DNA of 64,000 nt from an uncultured Chloroflexia bacterium (GTDB lineage Bacteria; Chloroflexota; Limnocylindria; Limnocylindrales; CSP1-4), in NCBI GenBank assembly GCA_963771795.1, contig CAVYUR010000006.1, forward strand, positions 473,725 through 537,724, given 5' to 3'. How positions within the stretch are numbered: position 1 is the stretch's first letter; every line of letters begins with the position of its first letter. Under the pieces are notes generated by a model that saw only the letters and a list, made by a program, of their open reading frames with translations, was not told where the DNA came from and did not search any database. A program made the translations under genes and the position numbers. Positions 31,007-40,992 of the stretch are shown here, piece after piece.

Positions 31007-31366
31007 ATGCCCGATCAGGACAAACCCTTGACGACGGCGGAGGCGCTCCAGCACTGGCGCGCCGCTGAGCGCACCGTAGCCGTGGCTCGACGCGGGAGGC
31101 TCGCTGCCGAAGAGGCGGCGGCCGCTGCGGTCGACGCCGCTGAGGCTGCCTCGGCAACCGCCGCTGCCGCCAAGCTGGCCCTCGAGTCGATGATGCTGGC
31201 CGAGACTTCGGCCGCGAAGACCGCGGCAGCCGCCAAAGCCGCGACGCTCGCGACGCAGGCCGGGCTAGCCGATGCCGAAGCCAATTCGGCGATGGCCGAG
31301 GTCGCCGAGGTCGAAGCGCACGAGCAGTACCGCCAGGCGAGCGAACGGGCAGCCGACAAGAAGTAG
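31007..31366 (+). CDS. hypothetical Ala-rich coiled-coil protein
   Basis: 119 aa, about 40% Ala, predicted continuous helix/coiled coil ([54 protein letters not shown]...). Coding-like GC3. GGGGTAGGG Shine-Dalgarno-like stretch upstream. Confidence 0.45.
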   Translation: MPDQDKPLTTAEALQHWRAAERTVAVARRGRLAAEEAAAAAVDAAEAASATAAAAKLALESMMLAETSAAKTAAAAKAATLATQAGLADAEANSAMAEVAEVEAHEQYRQASERAADKK

Positions 31367-31447
31367 GCTGGCGCGCCGCCGTCCGCGCCGCCACGTCCGG
31401 GTCTCGCGCGGAACCGTGGCGCGTGGTGAGCTTGCTGGCCTCGAGCC

Positions 31448-31678
31448 TCAGCGCTCGATCACCGGCGGGTGTTGGCCGGCAGTCCAGGAGTCCAGGGCCC
31501 AGCGAGTCCCGCGATCCCAGAAGTCAGCGTTGTTCCGATCGCCGTTCGGGTGTGCGGTCGCGTCCCAGGCAGACAGCCATTGCTCGCTCAGGTCAGGGAG
31601 CATGCCGTATTGGGTCAGGTGGGCCTTGGCCCCCGCCCTCTTCGCGTGATTCAAAGCGCGACGATGCGTATCTGTCAC
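31448..31678 (-). CDS. hypothetical small protein (76 aa), atypical codon usage
   Basis: ATG..TGA ORF. GC3 is clearly lower than neighbours (many A/T-ending codons). Divergent from ORF 31831..32085 and adjacent to tRNA-Leu. Speculative. Confidence 0.3.
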   Translation of the reverse strand: MTDTHRRALNHAKRAGAKAHLTQYGMLPDLSEQWLSAWDATAHPNGDRNNADFWDRGTRWALDSWTAGQHPPVIER

Positions 31679-31830
31679 GCGCCGATCGTTGCGTCAGCGG
31701 CGGGCACTGCTGAGGATGAAAATGCGCCCACGCGCGTGGGCGTGGGTCCCGCGCCAGTCTTTCGTTCGTGGATAGCATGGAATCACGCCCATGAAATCAC
31801 GGATTGCCAGCCACATTAAGGTAGTCACTG

Positions 31831-32085
31831 ATGGCAAAAGACCCAGCTGACCGCGAGGTTCTTGTGCGGCTACTTGGAGCGGCGAGAGCGCGTCTCGGTC
31901 TCGCCCGCGGAAGCCACGATGAGTTGTCCGCACAGGCCGCGCTCAACAGGGTGTCGCGGATGATCGAGCTCTACGACTCGGATCCAGGCGACGAAACACC
32001 GGCAGTGGTTGTGAGGTATCTATGGCGTCCCTGGGAGGCCGGCCAAGAGGGCGGCGTCGCCGAGCAGCAGGAACGCACTGGGTAG
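31831..32085 (+). CDS. hypothetical small protein (84 aa), atypical codon usage
   Basis: ATG..TAG ORF with low GC3 (aaa, cca, gct, gtt, ctt, cta codons). Preceded by an AT-richer spacer containing the direct repeat aatcacg(n8)aatcacg. Speculative. Confidence 0.3.
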   Translation: MAKDPADREVLVRLLGAARARLGLARGSHDELSAQAALNRVSRMIELYDSDPGDETPAVVVRYLWRPWEAGQEGGVAEQQERTG

Positions 32086-32112
32086 GCGCCTCGGTCGGCG
32101 CGGTCGGGACGC

Positions 32113-32199
32113 TGGTGCCGGAGCAGGGGTTCGAACCCTGACGCCCTTGCGGGCAGCGGAGTTTAAGTCCGCCGCGTCTGCCTGTTCCGCCACTCCGGC
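32113..32199 (-). tRNA. tRNA-Leu (anticodon TAA), type II with long variable arm
   Basis: Revcomp folds as acceptor GCCGGAG / CTCCGGC, anticodon arm GCGGA-CTTAAAC-TCCGC (anticodon UAA), variable arm TGCCCGCAAGGGCGTC, T-arm AGGGTTCGAACCCCT, encoded CCA. 87 nt. Confidence 0.85.
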
Positions 32200-32311
32200 C
32201 CGCCGCATCGTACCGGGCCGCGCCGCGGCGGTCTGGGTGTAATCGGGCTGAAATCGAACTTACGAGATTTCATCCTCAGTTGCCATGGCCCTCTGCCGTC
32301 ACCCTTGTCAG

Positions 32312-32539
32312 ATGGGCACGACGAATGTTCCCGCCACCCGGACCGACGTCGACCAGTTCGCCGATACTCGCCGTGAGATCAAGGAACTGAGCGACGCCTC
32401 GACGCACCGCCACCGTTTGCGGTACGGCACACCCGAGTACGACGCCGCCCTTGAGACCGAAGAGCGTCTCGTGAGCCGCATCTGGCGACGGCTCCGATCG
32501 GACGGCCATCCGGTCTCGCCACCGTCGCCCGGGGACTGA
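32312..32539 (+). CDS. hypothetical small protein (75 aa)
   Basis: ORF MGTTNVPATRTDVDQFADTRREIKELSDASTHRHRLRYGTPEYDAALETEERLVSRIWRRL... between tRNA-Leu and the PAS kinase gene. No homology recognised. Confidence 0.25.
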   Translation: MGTTNVPATRTDVDQFADTRREIKELSDASTHRHRLRYGTPEYDAALETEERLVSRIWRRLRSDGHPVSPPSPGD

Positions 32540-32650
32540 GGCTCGGACGACATCCCTCCACTCCCCCCGACGGCCCACCCGCGGCCGAGTTGGCGTGGGG
32601 CCGTACTTGCGCACGGCCAATTCAGAACAGTCGGTAGGCGGGATCGAGAA

Positions 32651-35019
32651 GTGAACGTACCACTCCGTGACCGCCTGCGGCCACAGGGCGGTGAGACGTC
32701 AGAGCAATCGGCGGCGAAGTATCGCGGCCTGCTCGAGGCGGCGCCCGACGCGATGGTCGTCGTCAACCAGGCCGGCGAGATCGTCCTGCTCAACGTCCAG
32801 GCCGAGAAGCAGTTCGGCTACCGCCGCGACGAGCTCCTCGGCCAGCCGGTCACCAACATCATCCCGGAGGGCTTCGCCGAGCGGCTGATCGCCGACGACC
32901 TGCGCTCGGCCGAGGACGCCCTGGCCCAGCAGATCGGGACCGGCATCGAGCTGACCGCCCTGCGCAAGGACGGCAGCGAGTTCCCGATCGAGATCATGCT
33001 CAGCCCGCTCGAGAGCGCCGAGGGCATCCTCGTCACCGCCGCCATCCGCGACATCAGCGTCCGCCGGGCCGCCGACCAGCCAGCTGGCCCAGATGGAGGG
33101 CCGCTATCGCGGCCTGCTCGAGGCGGCGCCCGACGCGATGGTCGTCGTCAACCAGGCCGGCGAGATCGTCCTGCTCAACGTCCAGGCCGAGAAGCAGTTC
33201 GGCTACCGCCGCGACGAGCTCCTCGGCCAGCAGGTCACCAACATCATCCCGGAGGGCTTCGCCGAGCGGCTGATCGCCGACGACCTGCGCTCGGCCGAGG
33301 ACGCCCTGGCCCAGCAGATCGGGACCGGCATCGAGCTGACCGCCCTGCGCAAGGACGGCAGCGAGTTCCCGATCGAGATCATGCTCAGCCCGCTCGAGAG
33401 CGCCGAGGGCATCCTCGTCACCGCCGCCATCCGCGACATCAGCGTCCGCCAGGCCGCCGAGCCGCCAGCTGGCCCAGATGGAGGGCCGCTATCGCGGCCT
33501 GCTCGAGGCGGCGCCCGACGCGATGGTCGTCGTCAACCAGGCCGGCGAGATCGTCCTGCTCAACGTCCAGGCCGAGAAGCAGTTCGGCTACCGCCGCGAC
33601 GAGCTCCTCGGCCAGCCGGTCACCAACATCATCCCGGAGGGCTTCGCCGAGCGGCTGATCGCCGACGACCTGCGCTCGGCCGAGGACGCCCTGGCCCAGC
33701 AGATCGGGACCGGCATCGAGCTGACCGCCCTGCGCAAGGACGGCAGCGAGTTCCCGATCGAGATCATGCTCAGCCCGCTCGAGAGCGCCGAGGGCATCCT
33801 CGTCACCGCCGCCATCCGCGACATCAGCGTCCGCAAGGCCGCCGAGGCAGAGCTCCTGCAGAAGGTGGAGGACCTCGAACCGCTCGAACGAGGAGCTCGG
33901 CCAGTTCGCCTACATCGCCTCGCACGACCTGCAGGAGCCGCTGCGGATGGTCGCGAGCTACACGCAGCTGCTGTCGCGACGCTACAAGGGCAAGCTCGAC
34001 GCCGACGCCGACGAGTTCATCGCCTTCGCCGTCGACGGGGCCAGCCGCATGCAGCGGCTGATCCAGGACCTGCTGACGTACTCGCGTGTCGGAACGCACG
34101 GGCATGGACCTCATCACGACCTCAAGCGAGGAGGCCCTGGGCAAGGCGCTGGCGAACCTGCGCAGCGCCATCGAGGACAGCGGCGCCGTCGTGACGCACG
34201 ATCCCCTGCCCACCGTCCTCGCCGACGAGATCGCAGCTGACCCAGCTGTTCCAGAACCTCGTCGGCAACGCCATCAAGTACCAGGATCCGGGTGTCCCGG
34301 AAGTGCACATCAGCGCGGCCCGGAGCGGCGGCAAGAGGTGGACATTCGCCGTCGCGGACAACGGGCTTGGGATCGACTCGGAGTACTTCGAGCGGATCTT
34401 CGGCATGTTCCAGCGCCTGCACAAGCGGGAAGAGTTCGCCGGCACCGGCATCGGCCTGGCGATCTGCAAGAAGATCGTCGAGCGGCACGGCGGCACGATC
34501 TCGGTCGAGTCGCAGCCCGGTCGCGGATCGACGTTCCGCTTCACGCTGGCGAGCGAGCTCGTCGATGACGCGCCGAAGAAAAGCAGCCTGTCAGTGCTCC
34601 TCGTCGAAGACAGTCCGGGCGACGTTCGGCTGACGCGGGAAGCGCTGCGCGACGCCAATCCGGCGATTCGCCTGCACGTCGCCACCGATGGCGTCGAGGC
34701 GATGGCCTTCCTGCGTCACGACGGCGTCAACGGTGACGCACCTCGACCGGATCTCATCCTGCTCGATCTCAACCTGCCCAGGATGGATGGTCGCGAGGTC
34801 CTCGCCTCGATCAAGGCAGACGCCGAGCCTCAAGACGATCCCGACGGTGATCCTGACCACGTCCGAAGCTGGAGACGGATGTCCTGAAGAGCTACGAGCT
34901 GCAGGCGAACGGCTACCTGACGCAAGCCGGTGCAGTGGGACGCGTTCGACAGCCTCGTGAAGAGCATCACCGACTTCTGGTTGGAAAGGGTGAGGTTGCC
35001 GCGCCACAGCGGCGGCTGA
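32651..35019 (+). pseudogene. hybrid sensor histidine kinase: 3xPAS - HisKA - HATPase_c - REC, frame broken at every repeat junction and several other points
   Basis: Three near-identical PAS units. The HisKA ([67 protein letters not shown]) sits in the ORF 33947..34240 frame. HATPase_c (NLVGNAIKY...[22 protein letters not shown]...[32 protein letters not shown]) and a C-terminal REC ([21 protein letters not shown]...[18 protein letters not shown]) sit in ORF 34303..34887. The last about 50 aa of the REC are split over two more frames. Confidence 0.8.
32719..33845. repeat. 3 x 385-bp tandem direct repeat (each encodes one PAS domain); period not divisible by 3
   Basis: atcgcggcctgctcgaggcggcgcccgacgcgatggtcgtcgtcaaccag... 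recurs at 32721, 33106 and 33491 (spacing exactly 385 bp) with only a few SNPs (e.g. ccggtc/caggtc; cgggccgccgacc/caggccgccgagc). Confidence 0.9.
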
Positions 35020-35038
35020 GGGCGCCTGGAGGAATGTC

Positions 35039-35473
35039 ATGCCATTGCAGGTCCTGCTGATCGACGACAGTCCCGGCGACGTCCGGCTGACCATCGAGGC
35101 CTTCCGAGAGGCCGACGACGTCGATCTCCATGTCGCTTCCGACGGTGTCGAGGCCATGAACTTCCTGAGACAGGAAGGAGCCCACGCCGGCGCACCGTGC
35201 CCGGATCTCATCCTGCTGGACCTCAACCTCCCGGGGATGGATGGCCGCGAGGTCCTCGCCCAAATCAAGAACGACGAGAGCCTGAAGACGATCCCAACGG
35301 TGATCCTCACCACGTCCGACTCGGAAGAGGACGTTCGCGCGAGCTACCTGCTGCAGGCGAATGCGTATCTCACGAAGCCCGTGGGCCTGAACGCGTTCGA
35401 AGCATTGGTCAGAAGCATCGACGACTTCTGGCTGACCAACGTCAAGTTGCCGCAGCAACCGCGCAGCCTATGA
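35039..35473 (+). CDS. single-domain response regulator (CheY-like receiver)
   Basis: 144 aa. [14 protein letters not shown], phospho-acceptor D in [14 protein letters not shown] in VILTTS, K in YLTKP. GGAGGAATG Shine-Dalgarno. Stop overlaps next gene start (ATGA). Confidence 0.85.
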   Translation: MPLQVLLIDDSPGDVRLTIEAFREADDVDLHVASDGVEAMNFLRQEGAHAGAPCPDLILLDLNLPGMDGREVLAQIKNDESLKTIPTVILTTSDSEEDVRASYLLQANAYLTKPVGLNAFEALVRSIDDFWLTNVKLPQQPRSL

Positions 35474-37593
35474 ACGCCATGTCGATCAGAGTCCTGCTCC
35501 TGGTCGAGGACAATCCCGGCGACGCGCGCCTGCTCCGCGAGATGCTCAACGAGCAGTCGTCGCAGGCAACCGAGCTCACCCACGTCGAGACCATCGCGGC
35601 CGCCGAGAAGCATCTCGCCGACCACGCGACCGACGTCATCGTGCTCGATCTGGGTCTGCCCGACGCACAGGGACTCGCCGCGGTCCGGCGGGCTCGTGCT
35701 GCCGCGCCACGCGTACCTCTCGTGGTGCTGACCGGCCTCGACGACGAGGCGCTGGCAACACAGGCGCTGCAGGAAGGCGCCCAGGACTACCTCATCAAGG
35801 GCCAGATCGACACGCGCGGGCTTCTGCGAGCCATCCGCTACTCGATCGAGCGCAAGGTCATGGAAGAGGCGCTATTCGTCGAGAAGGAGCTGGCCCAGGT
35901 AACACTCAACAGCATCGGCGACGCGGTCATCAGTACGGACATCGCGGGCAACATCACGTTCCTCAACCTCGTCGCGGAGCACATGACCGGCTGGACGTCG
36001 GACGAAGCGATGGGCCGGCCGATGGGCGAGGTCTTCCGGATCCTCGATGCGACGAGTCGCGAGACGACGCCGAATCCCATGACGCTCGCGATGGGCAACA
36101 ACCGGACGATGCACCTGCCTTCGAACTGCCTCCTGATCCGTCGGGACGGTCACGAAGCGCCGATCGAGGACTCAGTCGCGCCGATCCACGATCGCGAGGG
36201 ACGCGCGACAGGGGCGGTGGTCGTGTTCCGCGACGTGAGCGCGGCCCGGGCGATGTCGCTGGAAATGACCCACTCGGCCCAGCATGACTTCCTGACCGGT
36301 CTGCCGAACCGGATGCTCCTGAACGACCGGATCGGCCAGGCGATCGCCTCCGCACCTCGCCACACGAAACAGGTCGCGGTGTTGTTCCTGGATCTCGACG
36401 GCTTCAAGCACATCAACGACTCGCTGGGCCATCCGGTCGGCGACAAGCTTCTGCAGTCAATCGCCCGTCGCCTGGTCGACTGCGTCCGCGCCTCGGACAC
36501 CGTCAGCCGGCAGGGCGGCGACGAGTTCGTGGTCCTGCTCTCTGAAGCGGAGCAGTGGGAGGACGCGGCCGATCGTCGCGACCCGAATGCTGCAGACGGT
36601 CGCGGAGGCTCACTCGATCGACCAGCACGACCTCCACGTCACCACGAGCATCGGCGTCAGTGTCTTTCCCGACGACGGCGAGGACGCCGAGACCCTGATC
36701 AAGAACGCGGACACGGCGATGTACCAGGCGAAGGAGAACGGGCGCCAGAGCTACCAGTTCTTCAAGCCCGCGATGAACGTCAGAGCCGTGGAACGACAGT
36801 CGATCGAGGAGAGCCTGCGGCGGGCGCTGGAGCACGAAGAGTTCGTTCTCCACTACCAGCCGAAGATCGACCTCCGGTACAGGTCGCGATCATCGGCGCC
36901 GAGGCCTTGATCCGCTGGACGCATCCCGACCGGGGCCAGATCGCCCCCGCGCAGTTCATTCCGATCGCAGAGGACTGCGGCCTGATCCGTCCGATCGGCA
37001 ACTGGGTTCTCCGCGACGGCGTGCGAGCAGGCCCGAGCCTGGGTCGACGAGGGCCTGCCGACTGACAACGATGGCGGTGAACGTCTCGGCGATGGAGATG
37101 CGACACGAGAAGTTCCTCGACGGCGCGCTTGCCATCCTCGAGCTCGACCGGCATGGATCCGCGCCGCCTGGAGCTCGAACTTACGGAGACCGTGCTGATG
37201 AAGCACGCGGAGTCAGCATCCTCGATCCTCCAGGCGCTCAGGGAACGCGGGGTGCAGGTCGCGGTCGACGACTTCGGGACCGGCTATTCGAGCCTGAGCT
37301 ACCTCCGGAAGTTCCCGATCGACGCCCTCAAGATCGACCAATCGTTCGTCAGCCAGATCACCGCGGGCGGGGAGGACACGAGCATCGTGACCGCGGTCAT
37401 CAGCATGGCCCAGAGCCTCAATCTGCGGGTCGTCGCGGAGGGCGTCGAGACGCTCGAGCAGCTGGTCTTCCTGCAGGCCCACGACTGCGATGAGGCACAG
37501 GGCTACTTCTTCAGCCGGCCGGTCCCGCCTGACCAGTTCGCGACGTTGCTCAGGACCGGCATCCCCGTCCCCGCGGCCGTGGCCAGCCGATGA
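35470..37593 (+). pseudogene. REC - PAS - GGDEF - EAL protein (c-di-GMP cyclase/phosphodiesterase), at least 3 frame changes
   Basis: REC (MNAMSIRVLLLVEDNPGDARLL...VIVLDLGLPDAQG), PAS (LNSIGDAVISTDIAGNITFLN...), GGDEF up to RQGGDEFVVLL in frame 1. GGDEF C-terminal half and EAL start (EEFVLHYQPKIDLR) in ORF 36587..36910. EAL core (EALIRWTHPDRGQIAPAQFIPIAEDCGLIRPIGNWVL) in frame 1 again. EAL C-terminal half (ELTE..DDFGTGYSSLSYL..KIDQSFV) in ORF 37129..37593. Confidence 0.8.
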
Positions 37594-37642
37594 GCGTCGT
37601 CGTGATCATTCGACGCCCTAGCGCGCCGCCCCGTGTGGGCCC

Positions 37643-39262
37643 ATGACGACTGCGGTCAAGCCGGCGAGCCGGAAACTGCTCACCAGGCGCCTGCTGGTCG
37701 TCGAGGACAACCTCGGCGATGTCCGGCTACTCCGCGAGATGTTCAGTGAGGACACCTCGCACGCGACCGAAGTCACGCACGTGGAGTCCATCGGCGAAGC
37801 GGAGGAGCACCTCGCGCAACGCCCGGTCGACATCATCCTGCTGGACCTCGGGTTGCCCGATACGAACGGGCTGGACGCCGTCCGACGGGCACACCACGCT
37901 GCGCCCGGAGTTCCGCTCGTGGTCCTCACCGGCCTCGACGACGAGTCGATGGCGGCGCAGGCGCTCCAGGAGGGAGCGCAGGACTACCTGATCAAGGGCC
38001 AGATCGAGACCCGCGGGCTTCTCCGCGCGATGCGCCATGCGATCGAGCGGAAGGTCCTCGACGACGGCCGCAAAGCGGCAGAGAGCCAGCTTCTTCAGGG
38101 CCAGAAGCTCGAATCGATCGGGCGCCTTGCCGGCGGCATCGCCCACGACTTCAACAACATGCTCTTCGCGATCCACGGCTACGCGGAGCTGCTCGCCCAG
38201 GACCTGGCCTCGGAGGATCCCGAGCGCTTCGAACCCGATCGACTCATGCCGAGCGTGAAGGCGATCAGCGAAGCGGCCGACCGCGCGACGGCGCTGACGG
38301 CGCAGCTCCTCGCGTTCAGCCGGCAACAGATCGTGACCCCGACCGTGCTCGACATCAACGACGCCGTGACCACGATCGAGCCGATGCTCAACCAGCTGAC
38401 CGGCGAGAACATGCGGGTGGTCATGAAGCTCGACCCCGCGGCGGGGCACATTCGCGCGGATGCCGGTCAGATCGGCCAGATCATCGTCAATCTCGTGGTC
38501 AACGGGCGCGACGCGATGCCGAACGGCGGAACTGTGACGATCGAGACCGGCATCGTCGCGTTCGAGGAGTCCTACACGATCGAGCAGTTCAACGTGAAGC
38601 CGGGACCGTTCGTCCTCCTCGCGGTCAGTGACACCGGGGTCGGGATGGATCGCGAAACGCGGGAGCACATCTTCGAGCCGTTCTTCACGACCAAGGACGT
38701 TGGCAAGGGTACGGGCCTGGGCCTGGCCACGACCTACGGGGTCGTCCACCAGGCCGGGGGCCACATCTGGGTGTACTCGGAGCCGGGCCACGGGTCCACG
38801 TTCAAGCTGTATTTCCCGCGCATCGATGCAGTCGTGGAAGTCCCGCGGTTCGTGCCCGTGCCCGCGATGCTCGGCGTAGGCAGGGTCCTGGTCGTCGAGG
38901 ACGAGCCCGCCGTCCGCGACATGACGACGCAGATCCTCGAACGGGCCGGCTTCGACGTGCTGGCGGTCGCCGACGGGGTCGAAGCCCTCTCCATCGCCCG
39001 GATGGCCCAGCCGATCGAGGTCCTCGTCACCGACGTCGTCATGCCCAACCTGTCGGGGATCGAGCTTGCCGAGCAGATGATGGATCGCTACCCGGAGTTG
39101 GGCGTGGTCCTCCTCTCGGGGTACACGGCGGAGACGCTCGACATCGAACGGGTCATGGCCAGGGGCGCGATGTTCGTTCCAAAGCCGGTTACCTCGAACC
39201 AACTCCTGGAGACAGTCCTCAAGGCGGTCGCGTCGCGGAGTGCCGCTGCGGATATCGTATGA
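37643..39262 (+). CDS. hybrid histidine kinase REC - HisKA - HATPase_c - REC
   Basis: Intact 539 aa. N-terminal REC ([14 protein letters not shown]...[13 protein letters not shown]), H-box [25 protein letters not shown] boxes ([18 protein letters not shown]; DTGVGMD; [20 protein letters not shown]), C-terminal REC ([13 protein letters not shown]...[13 protein letters not shown]). Confidence 0.85.
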   Translation: MTTAVKPASRKLLTRRLLVVEDNLGDVRLLREMFSEDTSHATEVTHVESIGEAEEHLAQRPVDIILLDLGLPDTNGLDAVRRAHHAAPGVPLVVLTGLDDESMAAQALQEGAQDYLIKGQIETRGLLRAMRHAIERKVLDDGRKAAESQLLQGQKLESIGRLAGGIAHDFNNMLFAIHGYAELLAQDLASEDPERFEPDRLMPSVKAISEAADRATALTAQLLAFSRQQIVTPTVLDINDAVTTIEPMLNQLTGENMRVVMKLDPAAGHIRADAGQIGQIIVNLVVNGRDAMPNGGTVTIETGIVAFEESYTIEQFNVKPGPFVLLAVSDTGVGMDRETREHIFEPFFTTKDVGKGTGLGLATTYGVVHQAGGHIWVYSEPGHGSTFKLYFPRIDAVVEVPRFVPVPAMLGVGRVLVVEDEPAVRDMTTQILERAGFDVLAVADGVEALSIARMAQPIEVLVTDVVMPNLSGIELAEQMMDRYPELGVVLLSGYTAETLDIERVMARGAMFVPKPVTSNQLLETVLKAVASRSAAADIV

Positions 39263-40875
39263 CCCTCTCGATTCCGGACCAGGCCGCGGTCCTCGTGGTT
39301 GACGACGATGGCGCAACGCGCCGTCTCGTTGCGTTCGCCCTGCGCCGCGGCGGGTTCGAGGTGCTCGAGGCCGAAACCGGCGAGGCGGCCCTCGCAATCG
39401 TCCGAACGGAGACAGTCGGACTGCTCGTCCTCGACATGGTGATGCCGGGGATGTCCGGAACCGATGTCGTCCAGGCTCTTCGTGCTCGGCCCGAGACCGC
39501 GACGCTGCCCGTCCTGCTCATGACCGGCTCGGGTGACGCCGACAGCGTCATCGAGGGTTTGGCGGCCGGCGCCGACGACTTCGTGCCGAAGCCGGTCCGT
39601 CTCGACGAGCTCGTTGCGCGCGTCACGGCCCACCTGCGCAAGCAGGAGGCGTGGTCGCACGTAGTCGAGGATGAGCTCCGCAATCGCGCGAGCGTCGTGG
39701 CGGCACTCGGCCGAATCAACATGTCGTCGGTTCCGGAGGAAGCCGCCGAGGCGGTCGTTCGAGAGCTGGCGAGCCGGACAGACAGCGATTTCGTGTCCGT
39801 GCTCCAGCTGGGCCCGGTCGGCAAGCTGCAGCAGCTCGCGACATACGACCGTGTGACGGGCGTCCAAAGCGGCGGGCACGCGCTCGCACCCACGCTCGCT
39901 CGCCATGTCCTGGCTCGCGCCCGAGGCGGGCCCTGGGTCGAGGAGATCAGCGATCTCGGACCCGACACGGCGACGTCCTTGCACCCGCCAACCGCACCGG
40001 AGCTCGCGGCGGGTGCGCCCATCTACGCGGGCGATGACCTTGTCGGGATCCTGACGATCGGCATCTGGGCCGAGGAGGGCACGTCGCCGCTCGTGCGGCG
40101 GGCCAAGCTGCTGGCCGCGGCGATCGACTACGCGAACGTCCTGAGCACGAGGGCCGGCACCGCGTTCGCCGACCGGCGGGATGTCGCTGCTATGCGGGCC
40201 CGCCTGCGGCACGTGCTGACCGAGCGCGAGTTCCACCCGGTGTTCCAACCCATCGTGGAGCTCCAGAAGCGAACGATCGTCGGATACGAGGCCCTGACTC
40301 GATTCCACGACGGCACCGATCCCGACGTCCGCTTCACCGAGGCGGTCGGCGTCGGGTTGGGGCCGGACTTCGAGCTCGCGACGATCCGCGCCGCGCTCGA
40401 CGGCGGGTCGCGGCTGCAGGGCGAGGGCTTCCTGTCGATCAACCTGTCGCCCGGCTTCGTGCTCCAGGGTGATCGCCGCTTCCGCCAGCTCATCAAGGGC
40501 TCCACGCGGCCGCTCGTCCTGGAGCTGACCGAGCACGTGCCGATCGACGACTACGGTCTCGTCCGCGACGCGCTCGCGAAACTCGGGGAGGTGGGCCTGG
40601 CCGTCGATGACGCAGGCTCCGGCTATTCGAGCTTTCGCCACATCCTCGAGCTTCGGCCGACGTACGCGAAGCTCGACATCAGCCTCGTCCACGGAATCGA
40701 CGCAGACGATCTTCGCCAGGCCCTCGCGGCCGGGCTGCAGTACTTCGCACGCAAGACCGGCTGTCGACTAATCGCGGAAGGTGTCGAGACGAGCGAGGAG
40801 GCGGACGTCCTCCAGCGGCTCGGCATCGAGTTCGCCCAGGGCTATCTCTTCGGGCAGCCGGTCCTCGCGGCCTGA
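39259..40875 (+). CDS. REC - (GAF-like) - EAL c-di-GMP phosphodiesterase
   Basis: Intact 538 aa. Start overlaps upstream stop (ATGA). REC with phospho-acceptor D (LLVLDMVMPGMSG). EAL motifs EALTR, ELTEH, DDAGSGYSS, KLDISLV, EGVET, QGYLFG. Confidence 0.8.
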   Translation: MTLSIPDQAAVLVVDDDGATRRLVAFALRRGGFEVLEAETGEAALAIVRTETVGLLVLDMVMPGMSGTDVVQALRARPETATLPVLLMTGSGDADSVIEGLAAGADDFVPKPVRLDELVARVTAHLRKQEAWSHVVEDELRNRASVVAALGRINMSSVPEEAAEAVVRELASRTDSDFVSVLQLGPVGKLQQLATYDRVTGVQSGGHALAPTLARHVLARARGGPWVEEISDLGPDTATSLHPPTAPELAAGAPIYAGDDLVGILTIGIWAEEGTSPLVRRAKLLAAAIDYANVLSTRAGTAFADRRDVAAMRARLRHVLTEREFHPVFQPIVELQKRTIVGYEALTRFHDGTDPDVRFTEAVGVGLGPDFELATIRAALDGGSRLQGEGFLSINLSPGFVLQGDRRFRQLIKGSTRPLVLELTEHVPIDDYGLVRDALAKLGEVGLAVDDAGSGYSSFRHILELRPTYAKLDISLVHGIDADDLRQALAAGLQYFARKTGCRLIAEGVETSEEADVLQRLGIEFAQGYLFGQPVLAA

Positions 40876-40992
40876 TCGTTCGGGCCCGGCTGCACCGCTA
40901 CCCGTCGCGGGCTCGATGCTTCTGACTATTGGGTACTAGGACGAACGTACCGCCGCCCGGTAGGTTCAGAGTCCATCACCCGGAGTCAACCC

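Noticed and set aside
32719-33845. Regular tandem repeats that could be mistaken for a CRISPR array or minisatellite
   Set aside because: Units are 385 bp with no spacer/repeat substructure, and each encodes a PAS domain. No cas genes anywhere in the window.
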